Assembly: GCA_963744995.1 (NCBI GenBank)
Contig: CAVUWA010000002.1
Location: 1,024,001 to 1,088,000, forward strand
Direction of reading: 5' to 3'
Length of the DNA stretch: 64,000 bases
DNA from: Candidatus Eiseniibacteriota bacterium
GTDB lineage: Bacteria; Eisenbacteria; RBG-16-71-46
Shown in pieces: positions 20,733 through 31,510 of this stretch. A model generated the notes under the pieces. It searched no databases. It was not told the origin of the DNA and saw nothing but the letters and a program-made list of their open reading frames with translations. Every line of letters starts with the position of its first letter. The stretch's first letter is position 1. Made by a program: the position numbers and the translations under genes.

Positions 20733-21893
20733 ATGCAACCATCTCGCACCGCACTGTTCGCCGCCGCCGTTCTGTTGCTGTCCACGAGCCCCGCGGCCGC
20801 CGTCACCACCGACGGCCAGCTCGACGCCGCCTACGGAACGGCGCGGGTCACGCAGACCACCCAGACCGGGCTCTCCGGCGGCCAGATCGCCGGCGACAGC
20901 AACCTGGGCGACCTCGAGTACGCGAACGGCTCGGAGCTGGACGCCGCCTATGCCGTGATCGACAACGGGGTTCTGCACCTGCTGCTGGCGGGCAATCTGG
21001 CGCAGGTGCTGAACCAGAATCACAACGGGCTGAACGGGCATGTGCTGGATGTCTTCTTCGACACGGCAGCCGGCGGGCAGAACGTGCTCAACGGCCTCGG
21101 GATGGGCAACCCGCTCAACGGCTTCACGTTCGACGCGGGGTTCGAGGCCGACTTCATGTTCGAGCTCACCGGCGAGTACGCCGGCGGCCCGATCCTCTGG
21201 TCCGCCTGGCAGGCGGCGCTGCCGGATGGCGGTGGCAACGCGCCCACGCTGCTCGGCTCCGGCTACGCCGGAAACGGCGCGCTCAGCGGCGGCACCAATC
21301 CGTACGGTGTCCAGGCGACGATCGACAACACCAACACGGGAGGCGTCGACTTCGGCTGCGACGCGGCCTCCGGCGCCGGCGTCACCACCGGCATCGAGTG
21401 GGCCATCCCGCTCGCGGCGATCGGCAGCCCGGAGGGCTGCATCCGGGCCACGGTCATCGTGCGCAGCACGGCGACAGGGTCACCGGTCTCGAACCAGATG
21501 CTGGCGCCGGCGCCGCCCGGCACCTGCCCGCTGGGATCCGCTGCCTTCGTGAACCTCGCGAGCATCGCCGGCGACCAGTTCTTCACGATCTGCCCGGCGG
21601 CGACCGGCGTGTCGCCGCAGTCTCCTGCCGGCCTCGACCTGCGCCTGGCCGGCCCGAATCCGTCGCGTGGCGAAGCGCTGCGCTTCGCGTTCCGGAAGCC
21701 CGCAGGGACTGCGGCTACGCTGCGGCTGATCGACGGCGCAGGACGCATCGTGCGGCGCCGCGAAATCGGAAGCAGCGCGGCCGCCGGCATCGTGGATCTC
21801 TCGAACGGCGCGCGGGTCACGCCCGGCGTGTACTGGGCGCAGCTGTCGCTCGGTGGGGCGCAGGCCGTGCGCAGGCTGTGCGTCGTGAACTAG
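20733..21893 (+). CDS. Secreted protein with T9SS type A/FlgD-like C-terminal sorting domain
   Basis: Signal peptide MQPSRTALFAAAVLLLSTSPAAA; Gly/Asn/Thr-rich body; C-terminus GPNP..IDGAGR..PGVYWAQL..RRLCVVN. Confidence 0.8.
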   Translation: MQPSRTALFAAAVLLLSTSPAAAVTTDGQLDAAYGTARVTQTTQTGLSGGQIAGDSNLGDLEYANGSELDAAYAVIDNGVLHLLLAGNLAQVLNQNHNGLNGHVLDVFFDTAAGGQNVLNGLGMGNPLNGFTFDAGFEADFMFELTGEYAGGPILWSAWQAALPDGGGNAPTLLGSGYAGNGALSGGTNPYGVQATIDNTNTGGVDFGCDAASGAGVTTGIEWAIPLAAIGSPEGCIRATVIVRSTATGSPVSNQMLAPAPPGTCPLGSAAFVNLASIAGDQFFTICPAATGVSPQSPAGLDLRLAGPNPSRGEALRFAFRKPAGTAATLRLIDGAGRIVRRREIGSSAAAGIVDLSNGARVTPGVYWAQLSLGGAQAVRRLCVVN

Positions 21894-21929
21894 ACGCACC
21901 CGCGGCCCCGCGGCGCGCCGCCGCACCCA

Positions 21930-22601
21930 TCACTTCACGCAGAACGTGATGCTGAACACCAGATCGAGATCCGGATACGGGTCCGGGTTCGGCAGCGGCG
22001 GACAGGGTGCCTCCCTCGTCCGAAAGTGGTCCCACATGTGTCCGTCCGGATAGAGATCAAGAGTTCCCGCAGCCGGTTTCCGGATCAGCACGTCGTTTCT
22101 CCAATCGCATGGATCACTGTGGAATCCGACGGCGTAGTCGCCCGTGTCGGGCAGGACCAGCGGCGGATCGAATTCGAATTTGAACTCGGTGGGCTGCGTT
22201 CCGTCACCGCCGGTGTTCTGAACGCTCGGTCCATTCTGGATGATCCGGTGGGGATCGGGGACGCCGAGCGAATCGAGTCCCATGACGTACACGCGAATCT
22301 TCGTGACGAAACCGGCCTGGGAGGCGATGCGCCAGATCGAAACGGACCGGATGTCCGTGTGCGCCGCGTGGAACGTCTCCGAGAGCGCGTGACCGAGATC
22401 GAGTCCTCCGGCCGCATTGGCGGAGTCCGGCGGGATGCCGATCACGCTCGTGCTGCACGACGGGACAGCCGGCGTCCCGGCGACCCCGGTGGGCGCCGGA
22501 CGCGACTCGGTGCAGGCGCCCACGAGCAGCGCGAGGCCGACGCATGCAGCCACGACCGTCGCGGAGATCCCCGGGCGATTCACGACCACACGCGCCGACA
22601 A
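21930..22601 (-). CDS. Putative lipoprotein
   Basis: Hydrophobic stretch ending in lipobox LVGAC; beta-rich soluble domain; exact start uncertain. Confidence 0.6.
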   Translation of the reverse strand: MSARVVVNRPGISATVVAACVGLALLVGACTESRPAPTGVAGTPAVPSCSTSVIGIPPDSANAAGGLDLGHALSETFHAAHTDIRSVSIWRIASQAGFVTKIRVYVMGLDSLGVPDPHRIIQNGPSVQNTGGDGTQPTEFKFEFDPPLVLPDTGDYAVGFHSDPCDWRNDVLIRKPAAGTLDLYPDGHMWDHFRTREAPCPPLPNPDPYPDLDLVFSITFCVK

Positions 22602-22800
22602 TCAGAACTGAACCATCCGGCGTTCATGCCGGCGAGTGTAGCAGGCGTCCTCGGCAGAGAACCGTGGGTTCGCCCGCCCCGACGCGAGCCTTGCCGCTCG
22701 CGGTTCCCTCTGTTAGCTTCCTTCGCCGTTCGTCCGGGGAGCCCGCGCGCTCCCCGTTTTCATGCGCGGCGCCCGCCGCGGTCCAACCAGGAGCGATTTG

Positions 22801-24072
<1,272 letters not shown>

Positions 24073-24294
24073 AACGCGGCGGGCGGTTTCTCCCGGCCGC
24101 CCGCAGTCGACGCGATTCCGTCGCGGCGCCGCGAACCGGCACGCACCGCCGCGTGGGCCGCGACGCCCCCCCGCACGCTCCGGAATGGCCAAACCGCCGC
24201 ACCCCTTTGGCGAAACCCCGTGCGGCATCCGGCACTGCTTTTGCCCTTCGGACCAACCACGCTGCAATGGGGCAGCCGGAACGAGGAGGGGCGG

Positions 24295-25068
24295 ATGCGG
24301 TGGTGGTGGCTGTGTTTCGCGCTGGGACTGGGCTGGCCGGGGACGGCGGCGGCGGCGCTCGGGAAGATCGACGTAGGGGAGACGGTGATGGCCTCGGGAG
24401 GGGGTCACCTGCCGGTCGGCCCGGGCGTGACCCGGGAGGAGGCGATCGCGGCGGCGTACGCTCTTCCCGCCGTGCAGGCGGCGATCACCTACATGGGCTC
24501 GCGCGGATACGTCGCGTACCCCGTGTACGACGAAGCGGCGCTGCTGCCGTCGGCGCCGGCGACGTTCGTCGCGCTCTCCTATGAGAAGCCGGGGCTGATC
24601 CCGCCCGGGTTCGATATCCTCGGCGCGCCGATGATCCTGATCGGCACGGTGAAGGACGTGTACGGGAATTTTCACACGAGCGTTGCAGGCGGTCTCGCGT
24701 TCGTGGACACGTTGCAGCGGACGATGTGGACCGCCGACTCGCTCCCTGCGATGTACCCGGGTGACGCGAGCTGGGAGGTCGTACCCGCGGGCGGCGACGG
24801 CGACGGCGGCGGCTTCAAGCGCATCTCGCCGACGGCCCGATCCTTCGCCGGGCCCTACAGCTTCACCTTCGGCGGCACCAACTCGCCCGAGGATCAGAAA
24901 TTCAGGAAGTTCGTGCACTGTTCGGCGATCGGACTCGGCGCTGCGGCCCTGAACGCGCTGTGGCAGGGGCCGCCGATCCCGCAGAAGGTCGTGCTGCAGT
25001 CGGCGATCATGGGCGTGATCGCCGTCGTCTCCTGCGGCGTCGGCGCGTATGGCGGCGTGGCGCCGTGA
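24295..25068 (+). CDS. Secreted hypothetical protein with a hydrophobic Cys-bracketed C-terminal hairpin
   Basis: GAGGAGG RBS, signal peptide MRWWWLCFALGLGWPGTAAA, C-terminus CSAIGLGAAALNALWQGPPIPQKVVLQSAIMGVIAVVSCGVGAYGG. Confidence 0.7.
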   Translation: MRWWWLCFALGLGWPGTAAAALGKIDVGETVMASGGGHLPVGPGVTREEAIAAAYALPAVQAAITYMGSRGYVAYPVYDEAALLPSAPATFVALSYEKPGLIPPGFDILGAPMILIGTVKDVYGNFHTSVAGGLAFVDTLQRTMWTADSLPAMYPGDASWEVVPAGGDGDGGGFKRISPTARSFAGPYSFTFGGTNSPEDQKFRKFVHCSAIGLGAAALNALWQGPPIPQKVVLQSAIMGVIAVVSCGVGAYGGVAP

Positions 25069-25292
25069 GGCGCGGCGTGTGGCTGGCTCTGGCGGCGGGG
25101 CTCCTGAGCGCGGCGGTCTGGGGCCTCGCGACGCGGATCGTGTTCGTGCCGCTGGTGATCGCCGGCACCGAAATCGCGGCAGTCCTCATCCGCCCCGAGG
25201 TGCGCGGCCGCGGCCACCCGCTCACCATTGCCGCCCGCGCGCTCGTCGCGGGCGGCTTCTGGGCCGCGGTGGGGATGCTGGTGTTCAGGTAG
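25065..25292 (+). CDS. Small membrane protein (75 aa)
   Basis: GTGA overlap with the upstream gene; 2-3 hydrophobic helices. Confidence 0.55.
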   Translation: MRRGVWLALAAGLLSAAVWGLATRIVFVPLVIAGTEIAAVLIRPEVRGRGHPLTIAARALVAGGFWAAVGMLVFR

Positions 25293-25447
25293 CGGCGCGC
25301 CTCGAGCGCTCCACGCAGTCGCGCCGGGCCGCATGCGGTGGACCCGGAGATAGCGATTGCATCGGAGCTGGCGCACGGCCGGTGCCTCGCCTTCACTTCC
25401 CCCGCATTGCCTTCCCTTCCCTCCGCGCGGTACAACCCTTCCCGCGT

Positions 25448-25523
25448 GACCCGTTAGCTCAGTTGGTAGAGCACCTGACTTTTAATCAGGGTGTCGCTGG
25501 TTCGATCCCAGCACGGGTCACCA
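25448..25523 (+). tRNA. tRNA-Lys(TTT)
   Basis: Acceptor GACCCGT/ACGGGTC, D-arm AGCTCAGTTGGTAGAGC, anticodon arm CCTGA-CTTTTAA-TCAGG, GTTCGAT, encoded CCA; TTGCCT-18-TACAAC upstream. Confidence 0.97.
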
Positions 25524-25837
25524 AACCCGATGCATGCGCGCTGGCTGCTGACAACATGGCAGGCGGCAGGACGCTCGCATCGACCTCCGGCCAGGCCGGG
25601 CCCGGTCTCGTAACCGCTTGGCCCACAGTGACTCAGAAAATCAGCCGAAGCTTCTCCACGAAGCGTCTCGATTTGTTCCCGGCGCCTGCCGAAAAAAGCT
25701 TCGGATCGGGTCAACTTTCTGCAAACCTCGCCCGCGGCGCCCGCATCTACAGGACCCGATGAAGGTTGCACCGTTTCACCGGGAGCAAACTGCCGGCCGT
25801 AAGACACACACACCGGCCCGTACCGGAGAACAGGACC

Positions 25838-26083
25838 TTGGACTGTAGCGAAGTACTGGAACAGCTGGGCGACTATCTCGACAAGGACGCCCGCGCCGAA
25901 ATCTGCAAGGCGATCGAAGCGCACCTCGAGCGATGTCACGACTGCCGCTTCGAGGTCGATACGCTCAAGCAGACCATCGTGCTCTATCAGAATGACGAGC
26001 CCATCGACATGCCGGTGACGCTTCGTTCGAGTCTGCAGGCCGCGCTCGCCAGCGAGTACAAGGGAAACACGACCGCCGATTGA
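25838..26083 (+). CDS. Small zinc-binding anti-sigma-factor-like protein (zf-HC2)
   Basis: C...L..YLD....HLERCHDC (HxxxCxxC); TTG start after GGAG/AGGA. Confidence 0.8.
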   Translation: MDCSEVLEQLGDYLDKDARAEICKAIEAHLERCHDCRFEVDTLKQTIVLYQNDEPIDMPVTLRSSLQAALASEYKGNTTAD

Positions 26084-26156
26084 CTCGCGCGCGAGGCAGC
26101 GCCTAGACTCCTCAGCCGCTTACGAACCCGCCCGCGGGGCCCGAGCCCCGCGGGCG
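26080..26156 (+). promoter_or_regulatory. Putative sigma70 promoter and 12-bp GC hairpin in the ychF leader
   Basis: TTGACT(26080)-18-TAGACT(26104); hairpin CGCCCGCGGGGC-CCGA-GCCCCGCGGGCG at 26129-26156. Confidence 0.45.
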
Positions 26157-26177
26157 ATTCGCTGTCCGGGAGTCGCC

Positions 26178-27233
26178 ATGAAAAGCGTCGGAATTCTCGG
26201 TCTGCCGCAGTCGGGCAAGACCACCCTCTTCGAAATCCTCATGCAGGGCGCCGGCAGCAGCGCGCCGGATGCGGGCGCGCGCGAGCACGTCGGCATCGTG
26301 CAGGTCCCCGACGAACGCATCGACCGGCTGTCGGCCCTGTTCCAGCCGAAGAAGACCACGTACGCACGGCTCCAGTTCGTCGACACACCGGCCATGCGCG
26401 CGGGCAGCGCGCGGGCGATGGCGAAGGGCCCCGACCTGTTCGCCGGCGTGCGCCAGTGCGACGCGCTGCTCGCCGTCGTGCGCGACTTCGAGAATCCGGC
26501 CGTGCCCGCCGAAGGCGGCGTGGACCCGGAGCGGGATCTCAGGAACCTCGAAGCCGAGCTGATCCTCAACGACCTCGCGATCGTCGAGAAACGCGCCGAG
26601 AAGCTCGGCAAGGAGATCCGCGTCGGCAAGAAGGAACACGCCCGCGAGCATGCCCTGCTCGAGCGCGCGAAGGAGATGCTCGAGGCCGAGCGCCCGCTGC
26701 GCGGCGAGTCGTTCGACGCCGAAGAGCAGAAGCTGCTGCGCGGCTTCACGCTTTTGACGCAGAAGCCCCTGCTCGTGGTGTACAACCAGGACGAGGCGTC
26801 CTCGCGCACCCCCGCGACGGCCGGGCCGGGCGTCGGCGCGATCGCGCTCAAGGCCCACATCGAGCGCGAAATCGTCGCGCTCGCCGCCGAGGAGCGCGAC
26901 GCGTTCCGCAGGGAAATGGGCGTCGAGGAGGACGGGCTCTCGCTGGTGATCCGGGCCTGCTACGAGCTGCTCGGGCTGATGTCGTTCTTCACGGTGGGCC
27001 CCGACGAGGTGCGGGCGTGGACGATCCATCGTCACGATCGCGCCGTGGACGCGGCGGGGGAGATTCATTCGGACCTCGCGCGCGGATTCATCCGCGCCGA
27101 GGTGATCGCATGGGATACCCTGCTCGAACTCGGCGGACATTCCCAGGCGCGCGACAAGGGGCTGCTCCGTGCCGAGGGGCGCGACTACGAGGTGCAGGAT
27201 GGCGAATGCCTGGAAGTCCGATTCAGCCGATGA
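26178..27233 (+). CDS. ychF: YchF/OLA1-family ATPase (divergent)
   Basis: GLPQSGKTTLF P-loop, VPDERID, LLTQKP, FFTVGPDEVRAW, AGEIHSDLARGFIRAEV, EGRDYEVQDG (TGS domain). Confidence 0.85.
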   Translation: MKSVGILGLPQSGKTTLFEILMQGAGSSAPDAGAREHVGIVQVPDERIDRLSALFQPKKTTYARLQFVDTPAMRAGSARAMAKGPDLFAGVRQCDALLAVVRDFENPAVPAEGGVDPERDLRNLEAELILNDLAIVEKRAEKLGKEIRVGKKEHAREHALLERAKEMLEAERPLRGESFDAEEQKLLRGFTLLTQKPLLVVYNQDEASSRTPATAGPGVGAIALKAHIEREIVALAAEERDAFRREMGVEEDGLSLVIRACYELLGLMSFFTVGPDEVRAWTIHRHDRAVDAAGEIHSDLARGFIRAEVIAWDTLLELGGHSQARDKGLLRAEGRDYEVQDGECLEVRFSR

Positions 27234-27264
27234 GCCGGCCGCTGCCGGGCCGCCGGCGGTGCGC

Positions 27265-27864
27265 GTGAGCGGCGCCGTCCGGCTCGCCCGCGCGGCCCGC
27301 CTCGCGGCCCTTGCGCTGGCGCTGCTCGCATGCGTGGCTCACGCGCCGGCCGCGCAGGCCAGCGCGTTCTCCGAGATGAAGGGCCATGCCTCCATCGGCT
27401 TCGCGAAGGTGTTCGTGGACCAGGCGCCGGGAGGCTCGCTGTCGTTCGCGGGCGGGCTCGACGTGCCGTTTGCGCCCTCGTGGCGTGGCGGGGCCGAGTT
27501 CGGCTTCAGTCTGCTCGGCACCCGCAACGAAATCCGTGGCTCGCTCTCGGCGACCATCGACTACTCGACGTTCGAGGCGCTCGCCTATGCGCACTGGATC
27601 GCGCACGGCCTGGGGCCGGTCGAACGCCTGAGCCTCGGCGCCGGGCTGATGAGCGCACGCGCCGAGATCTCGTCCGCGGGCGGCGGCGCGGCGTTCCTCG
27701 ACCTGTCGCGCGAAGAGCTGGTGCCGGCGATCGCGCTGCAGACGACGTTGATGCCGCATTCGGACGCCCCGGTCCGCGCCGGGCTCGAACTCGGCACGCG
27801 TTTCGGCTTCCTCGAGTCGGAGACGTGGACGGTGTTCTCGGCGCGGCTGGCCGTGCATTACTAG
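27265..27864 (+). CDS. Small outer-membrane beta-barrel protein
   Basis: Signal-like N-terminus, amphipathic strands, terminal aromatic residue (RLAVHY); start estimated. Confidence 0.6.
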   Translation: MSGAVRLARAARLAALALALLACVAHAPAAQASAFSEMKGHASIGFAKVFVDQAPGGSLSFAGGLDVPFAPSWRGGAEFGFSLLGTRNEIRGSLSATIDYSTFEALAYAHWIAHGLGPVERLSLGAGLMSARAEISSAGGGAAFLDLSREELVPAIALQTTLMPHSDAPVRAGLELGTRFGFLESETWTVFSARLAVHY

Positions 27865-28089
27865 GCCGTGTCCGAACACGACACCCGGCTGCGCGGCGCG
27901 GTCGGCGCCTCGCTCCAGCGTGGGCTGAGGGCCACGATTCCGCCCGCCTCGCGACCGCGACGCTTTGCCCCCGGGCGCCTTCAGAGGCGGCCTGGGAGTT
28001 CCGCCTGAGCGTGAATCGGTCTCGAGCCGGCGGACTCGCCGGGTGGCGGGCTCTCGCTGCGCGGCACTTTCCGGCGCGCACCCCGCCTT

Positions 28090-28119
28090 TTGACACTGGT
28101 TTCCACGCCCCGGTATGCT
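28090..28119 (+). promoter_or_regulatory. Sigma70 promoter of the rib operon
   Basis: TTGACA(28090)-18 bp-TATGCT(28114) just upstream of the riboswitch. Confidence 0.75.
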
Positions 28120-28132
28120 CCGTCACTTGCAG

Positions 28133-28292
28133 CTCCTTCGGGGCGGGGTGCGATTCCCCACCGGCGGTATAGCCCGCGAGCGGGAGCGCGCGGCGGTCCG
28201 GGCAACCGGATTCGGCCTGTCATGCAGCCGCGCGCCGAAGCAGATCCGGTGCGATTCCGGAGCCGACCGTACAGTCGGGATGGAAGAAGGAG
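28133..28292 (+). ncRNA. FMN riboswitch (RFN element)
   Basis: Conserved blocks GGGGCGGGGTGCGATTCCCCACCGGCGGT, AGCCCGCGAGC, AGATCCGGTGCGATTCCGGAGCCGAC, AGTC.GGATG; P1 CTCCTTC/GAAGGAG; upstream of ribD. Confidence 0.95.
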
Positions 28293-28332
28293 GGGGGCCG
28301 GACCATGTCCGGTTCCATCGCCGGCAATCTTC

Positions 28333-28360
28333 CGCCCCGTGGTTCGCCACGGGGCGTTTT
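28333..28360 (+). terminator. Intrinsic terminator forming the riboswitch expression platform
   Basis: CGCCCCGTGG-TTCG-CCACGGGGCG followed by TTTT, 14 bp before the ribD ATG. Confidence 0.8.
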
Positions 28361-28374
28361 CATTGGATGGGGGC

Positions 28375-29478
28375 ATGAGTCGAATCGACGCCGCGAGTGA
28401 CGCACGCCACATGCGGCGCGCGATGCGCCTCGCCGAACGCGGGCGCGGCCGCACCTCGCCGAACCCGATCGTCGGCGCGGTGATCGTGAAGGGCGGCGAG
28501 GTCATCGGCGAGGGCTGGCACCGCGCGCTCGGCGAGGACCACGCCGAGGTCGTGGCGCTCCGGCAGGCCGGCCGCCGCGCGCGGGGGGCGACCCTGTACG
28601 TGACGCTCGAGCCGTGCGCGCACGTCGGCCGGACGCCGCCCTGCGTCGATGCGGTGATCCGCGCCGGCATCCGCCGCTGCGTGGTCGCGGTGCGCGATCC
28701 GCACCGGCTGGTGAACGGGAAGGGCCTGCGGAAGCTGCGCGCGGCGAGGATCCGCGTCGAGGTCGGCGTGCTGGCGGAGGAGGCGAAGCGGCTGATGGGC
28801 GGCTACTGGACGAGTCATACCGAGGGACGGCCGCGCGTCACGTGGAAGGTGGCGGCGAGCGCCGACGGGAAGATCGCCGATCATGCCGGGCGCTCGCGCT
28901 GGATCACCGGCGTGGCGGCCCGGCGTGCGGGGCACCGGCTGCGCGCGACGTCGGACGCGATCGTGATCGGGGCGCGCACCGCCCGCACGGACGATCCGCG
29001 GCTGACCGCGCGTCCCGGCGTGAACGGCCGCCAGCCGCTGCGGGTCGTATGCGATACGCGGCTCTCGCTGCCGCCCGGACTCCGGCTGTTCTCGCGGCGG
29101 CTCGCTGCGGGCACCGTGGTCGCGTGCGGGCCGCGTGCCCCGCGCACCCGCGAGCGCGTGCTCGCCGAGCGCGGCGTGACGGTCTGGCGCCTGCCGCTGG
29201 CGCGCGGCGGCGTCTCGCCGCGCGCGCTCGCGCGGCGGCTCGCACGGGCGGGCCGCTACGAAGTGCTGATCGAAGGCGGCGCCGCGCTCGGCGCCACGTG
29301 GTGGCGGGCGGATCTGGTGGACCGCGTGGCGCTGTTCCTGGCGCCGCGGCTGATCGGCGCCGAAGGGCTGCCCTGGTGCGGTCCGCTCGGACGCCGGGCG
29401 CTGGAACGCGCGCGGATCGGGCGCGTGACCCATCTGTCGCGCGCGGGCGCCGACGCGCACGTGATGTTCGAGTGGTGA
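28375..29478 (+). CDS. ribD: Bifunctional riboflavin deaminase/reductase
   Basis: [44 protein letters not shown]. Confidence 0.95.
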   Translation: MSRIDAASDARHMRRAMRLAERGRGRTSPNPIVGAVIVKGGEVIGEGWHRALGEDHAEVVALRQAGRRARGATLYVTLEPCAHVGRTPPCVDAVIRAGIRRCVVAVRDPHRLVNGKGLRKLRAARIRVEVGVLAEEAKRLMGGYWTSHTEGRPRVTWKVAASADGKIADHAGRSRWITGVAARRAGHRLRATSDAIVIGARTARTDDPRLTARPGVNGRQPLRVVCDTRLSLPPGLRLFSRRLAAGTVVACGPRAPRTRERVLAERGVTVWRLPLARGGVSPRALARRLARAGRYEVLIEGGAALGATWWRADLVDRVALFLAPRLIGAEGLPWCGPLGRRALERARIGRVTHLSRAGADAHVMFEW

Positions 29479-29507
29479 GCGGGTCACAGGAAGACGGGAG
29501 CGAAGTC

Positions 29508-30122
29508 ATGTTCACGGGCATCGTGGAAGAGAAGGGCCGCGTCGCGACGATCGAGGCGGGCGCATCGGGCGGGGCGCGCCTGTGGATCGAGGCGGGTCAC
29601 GTGCTCGACGACGTGCGCGTCGGCGACAGCATCGCGGTCAACGGCTGCTGCCTGACCGTCGCGGCCCTGGCGCCCGGCCGCTGGGCCGCCGACATCGTGC
29701 CGGAGACCCTGGCGCGCACCTCGATCGGCACGTGGCGCGAGGGGCGCGCGGTCAATCTCGAGCGCTCGCTGCGCCTCGATCAGCGGCTCGGCGGTCACCT
29801 GGTGCAGGGCCACGTGGACGGCGTCGGCGAAGTCGCCGCGATGCGCGCGGAGGGCGACGGGCTGCGCATGACGCTGCGCGTACCGGAATCGCTGCGCCGT
29901 TTCGTCGCCGAGAAGGGCTCGCTCGCCGTCGACGGCGTGAGCCTCACGGTGGCCGCGCTCACCGCCGACGGCTGCGAGATCGCGCTCGTGCCGCACACGC
30001 TGCAGGTGACCGCCGCCGAAGGCTGGACGCCCGGCGGCGCGGTGAACCTCGAGGTGGACCTGCTCGCCCGCTACATGGCGCGCCTGCTCGAAGCGGGCGC
30101 TGCGACCGGAGGTGCACGATGA
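29508..30122 (+). CDS. ribE: Riboflavin synthase (alpha chain)
   Basis: MFTGIVEE N-terminus, [29 protein letters not shown]. Confidence 0.97.
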   Translation: MFTGIVEEKGRVATIEAGASGGARLWIEAGHVLDDVRVGDSIAVNGCCLTVAALAPGRWAADIVPETLARTSIGTWREGRAVNLERSLRLDQRLGGHLVQGHVDGVGEVAAMRAEGDGLRMTLRVPESLRRFVAEKGSLAVDGVSLTVAALTADGCEIALVPHTLQVTAAEGWTPGGAVNLEVDLLARYMARLLEAGAATGGAR

Positions 30123-31510
30123 CGGTCCGCAGGGGTCGCGGCGGCACGCGCGCGAAGACCCGCGCGACGCCGAACGGGCGCTCGAACGGGGTGCCGGAAG
30201 CGAAGAAGGCCGCCGCCCCGTCCGGACAGAAGCGGTCGGGGAAGGCCTCCGCGGCGAAGGCGCCCGGGCGCGCCACGAAAGGGCCTGCCCGCGAGCAGGA
30301 TTTTCTGACCGTCGAGGAGGCCGTCGAGCGCATCCGCGACGGCAAGATGATCATCGTCATCGACGACGAGCAGCGCGAGAACGAAGGCGACCTCGTGTTC
30401 GCCGCCGAGAAGGCGACGCCCGAGCACGTGAACTTCCTGGTGCGCGAGGGGCGCGGCATCGTCTGTGCGCCGATGGCCGCCGAGGAAGCCGAGCGGCTGG
30501 GTCTCAAGCTCATGGTCGAGCGCAACACGGCCCGCTTCGGCACCCCGTTCACCGAGTCGGTGGACGCGCGCCGCGGCACGACCACCGGCACCTCCGCATT
30601 CGACCGCGCGAAGACGCTGCGCGTGCTCGCTGAGCCGGGCACGCTGCCCGACGATCTCGACCGCCCGGGACACGTGTTCCCGTTGCGCGCGGTGCCGGGC
30701 GGCGTGCTGCGCCGCGCCGGCCATACCGAGGCGGTCCCCGACCTGTGCACGCTCGCCGGGCTGCGTCCGGTCGGAGCGCTGTGCGAGGTGCTCGAGGAGG
30801 ACGGCCGCATGATGCGGCTGCCGGGGCTGCGGAAGTTCGCGAAGAAGCACGGGCTCGGCATCCTCACGATCCGCGACCTGATCGAGTACCGGCGTTCGCG
30901 CGAGGTGCTCGTCCAGCACGTCGTCACCGTGCCGCTGCCGACGCCGCACGGTGAATTCCAGCTGCACCTCTACGAGAGCCGGCTCGAGGGCGATCACCAC
31001 GTCGCGCTGGTCAGGGGCCGCGTGGATCGTGGCGGCCCGGTGCTGGCCCGGGTCCACTCGCAGTGCCTCACGGGCGACGTGTTCGGCTCGCTGCGCTGCG
31101 ACTGCGGCGAGCAGATGCACGCCGCGCTCAAGGTCATTGCCCGGCGCGGCCGCGGCGTGTTCCTCTACCTGCGCCAGGAGGGCCGCGGGATCGGGCTCGC
31201 CAACAAGCTGCGGGCGTATGCGCTTCAGGACACGGGGCTCGACACGGTCGAGGCCAATCTCAAGCTCGGGTTCCCGGCCGATCTGCGCGACTACGGGATC
31301 GGCGCGCAGATCCTCGTGGATCTCGGCGTACGCGAGCTGGAGCTGATGACCAACAACCCGCGCAAGATCGTCGGACTCGAGGCCTACGGCCTGAGGATCG
31401 CGAAGCGCGTCCCGGTGCGGGTGCGGCCGGGGCGCTACAACCGGCGCTACCTCGCGACCAAGCGCGACAAGCTCGGCCATCTGCTGGATCTCAAGGTGAG
31501 GGACAAGTGA
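30119..31510 (+). CDS. ribBA: Bifunctional DHBP synthase/GTP cyclohydrolase II
   Basis: [52 protein letters not shown]. Confidence 0.97.
   Translation: MTVRRGRGGTRAKTRATPNGRSNGVPEAKKAAAPSGQKRSGKASAAKAPGRATKGPAREQDFLTVEEAVERIRDGKMIIVIDDEQRENEGDLVFAAEKATPEHVNFLVREGRGIVCAPMAAEEAERLGLKLMVERNTARFGTPFTESVDARRGTTTGTSAFDRAKTLRVLAEPGTLPDDLDRPGHVFPLRAVPGGVLRRAGHTEAVPDLCTLAGLRPVGALCEVLEEDGRMMRLPGLRKFAKKHGLGILTIRDLIEYRRSREVLVQHVVTVPLPTPHGEFQLHLYESRLEGDHHVALVRGRVDRGGPVLARVHSQCLTGDVFGSLRCDCGEQMHAALKVIARRGRGVFLYLRQEGRGIGLANKLRAYALQDTGLDTVEANLKLGFPADLRDYGIGAQILVDLGVRELELMTNNPRKIVGLEAYGLRIAKRVPVRVRPGRYNRRYLATKRDKLGHLLDLKVRDK

Noticed and set aside
25448..25840. tRNA-Lys 3' end as an integration site
   Set aside because: No integrase and no duplicated tRNA 3' end noticed in the window.
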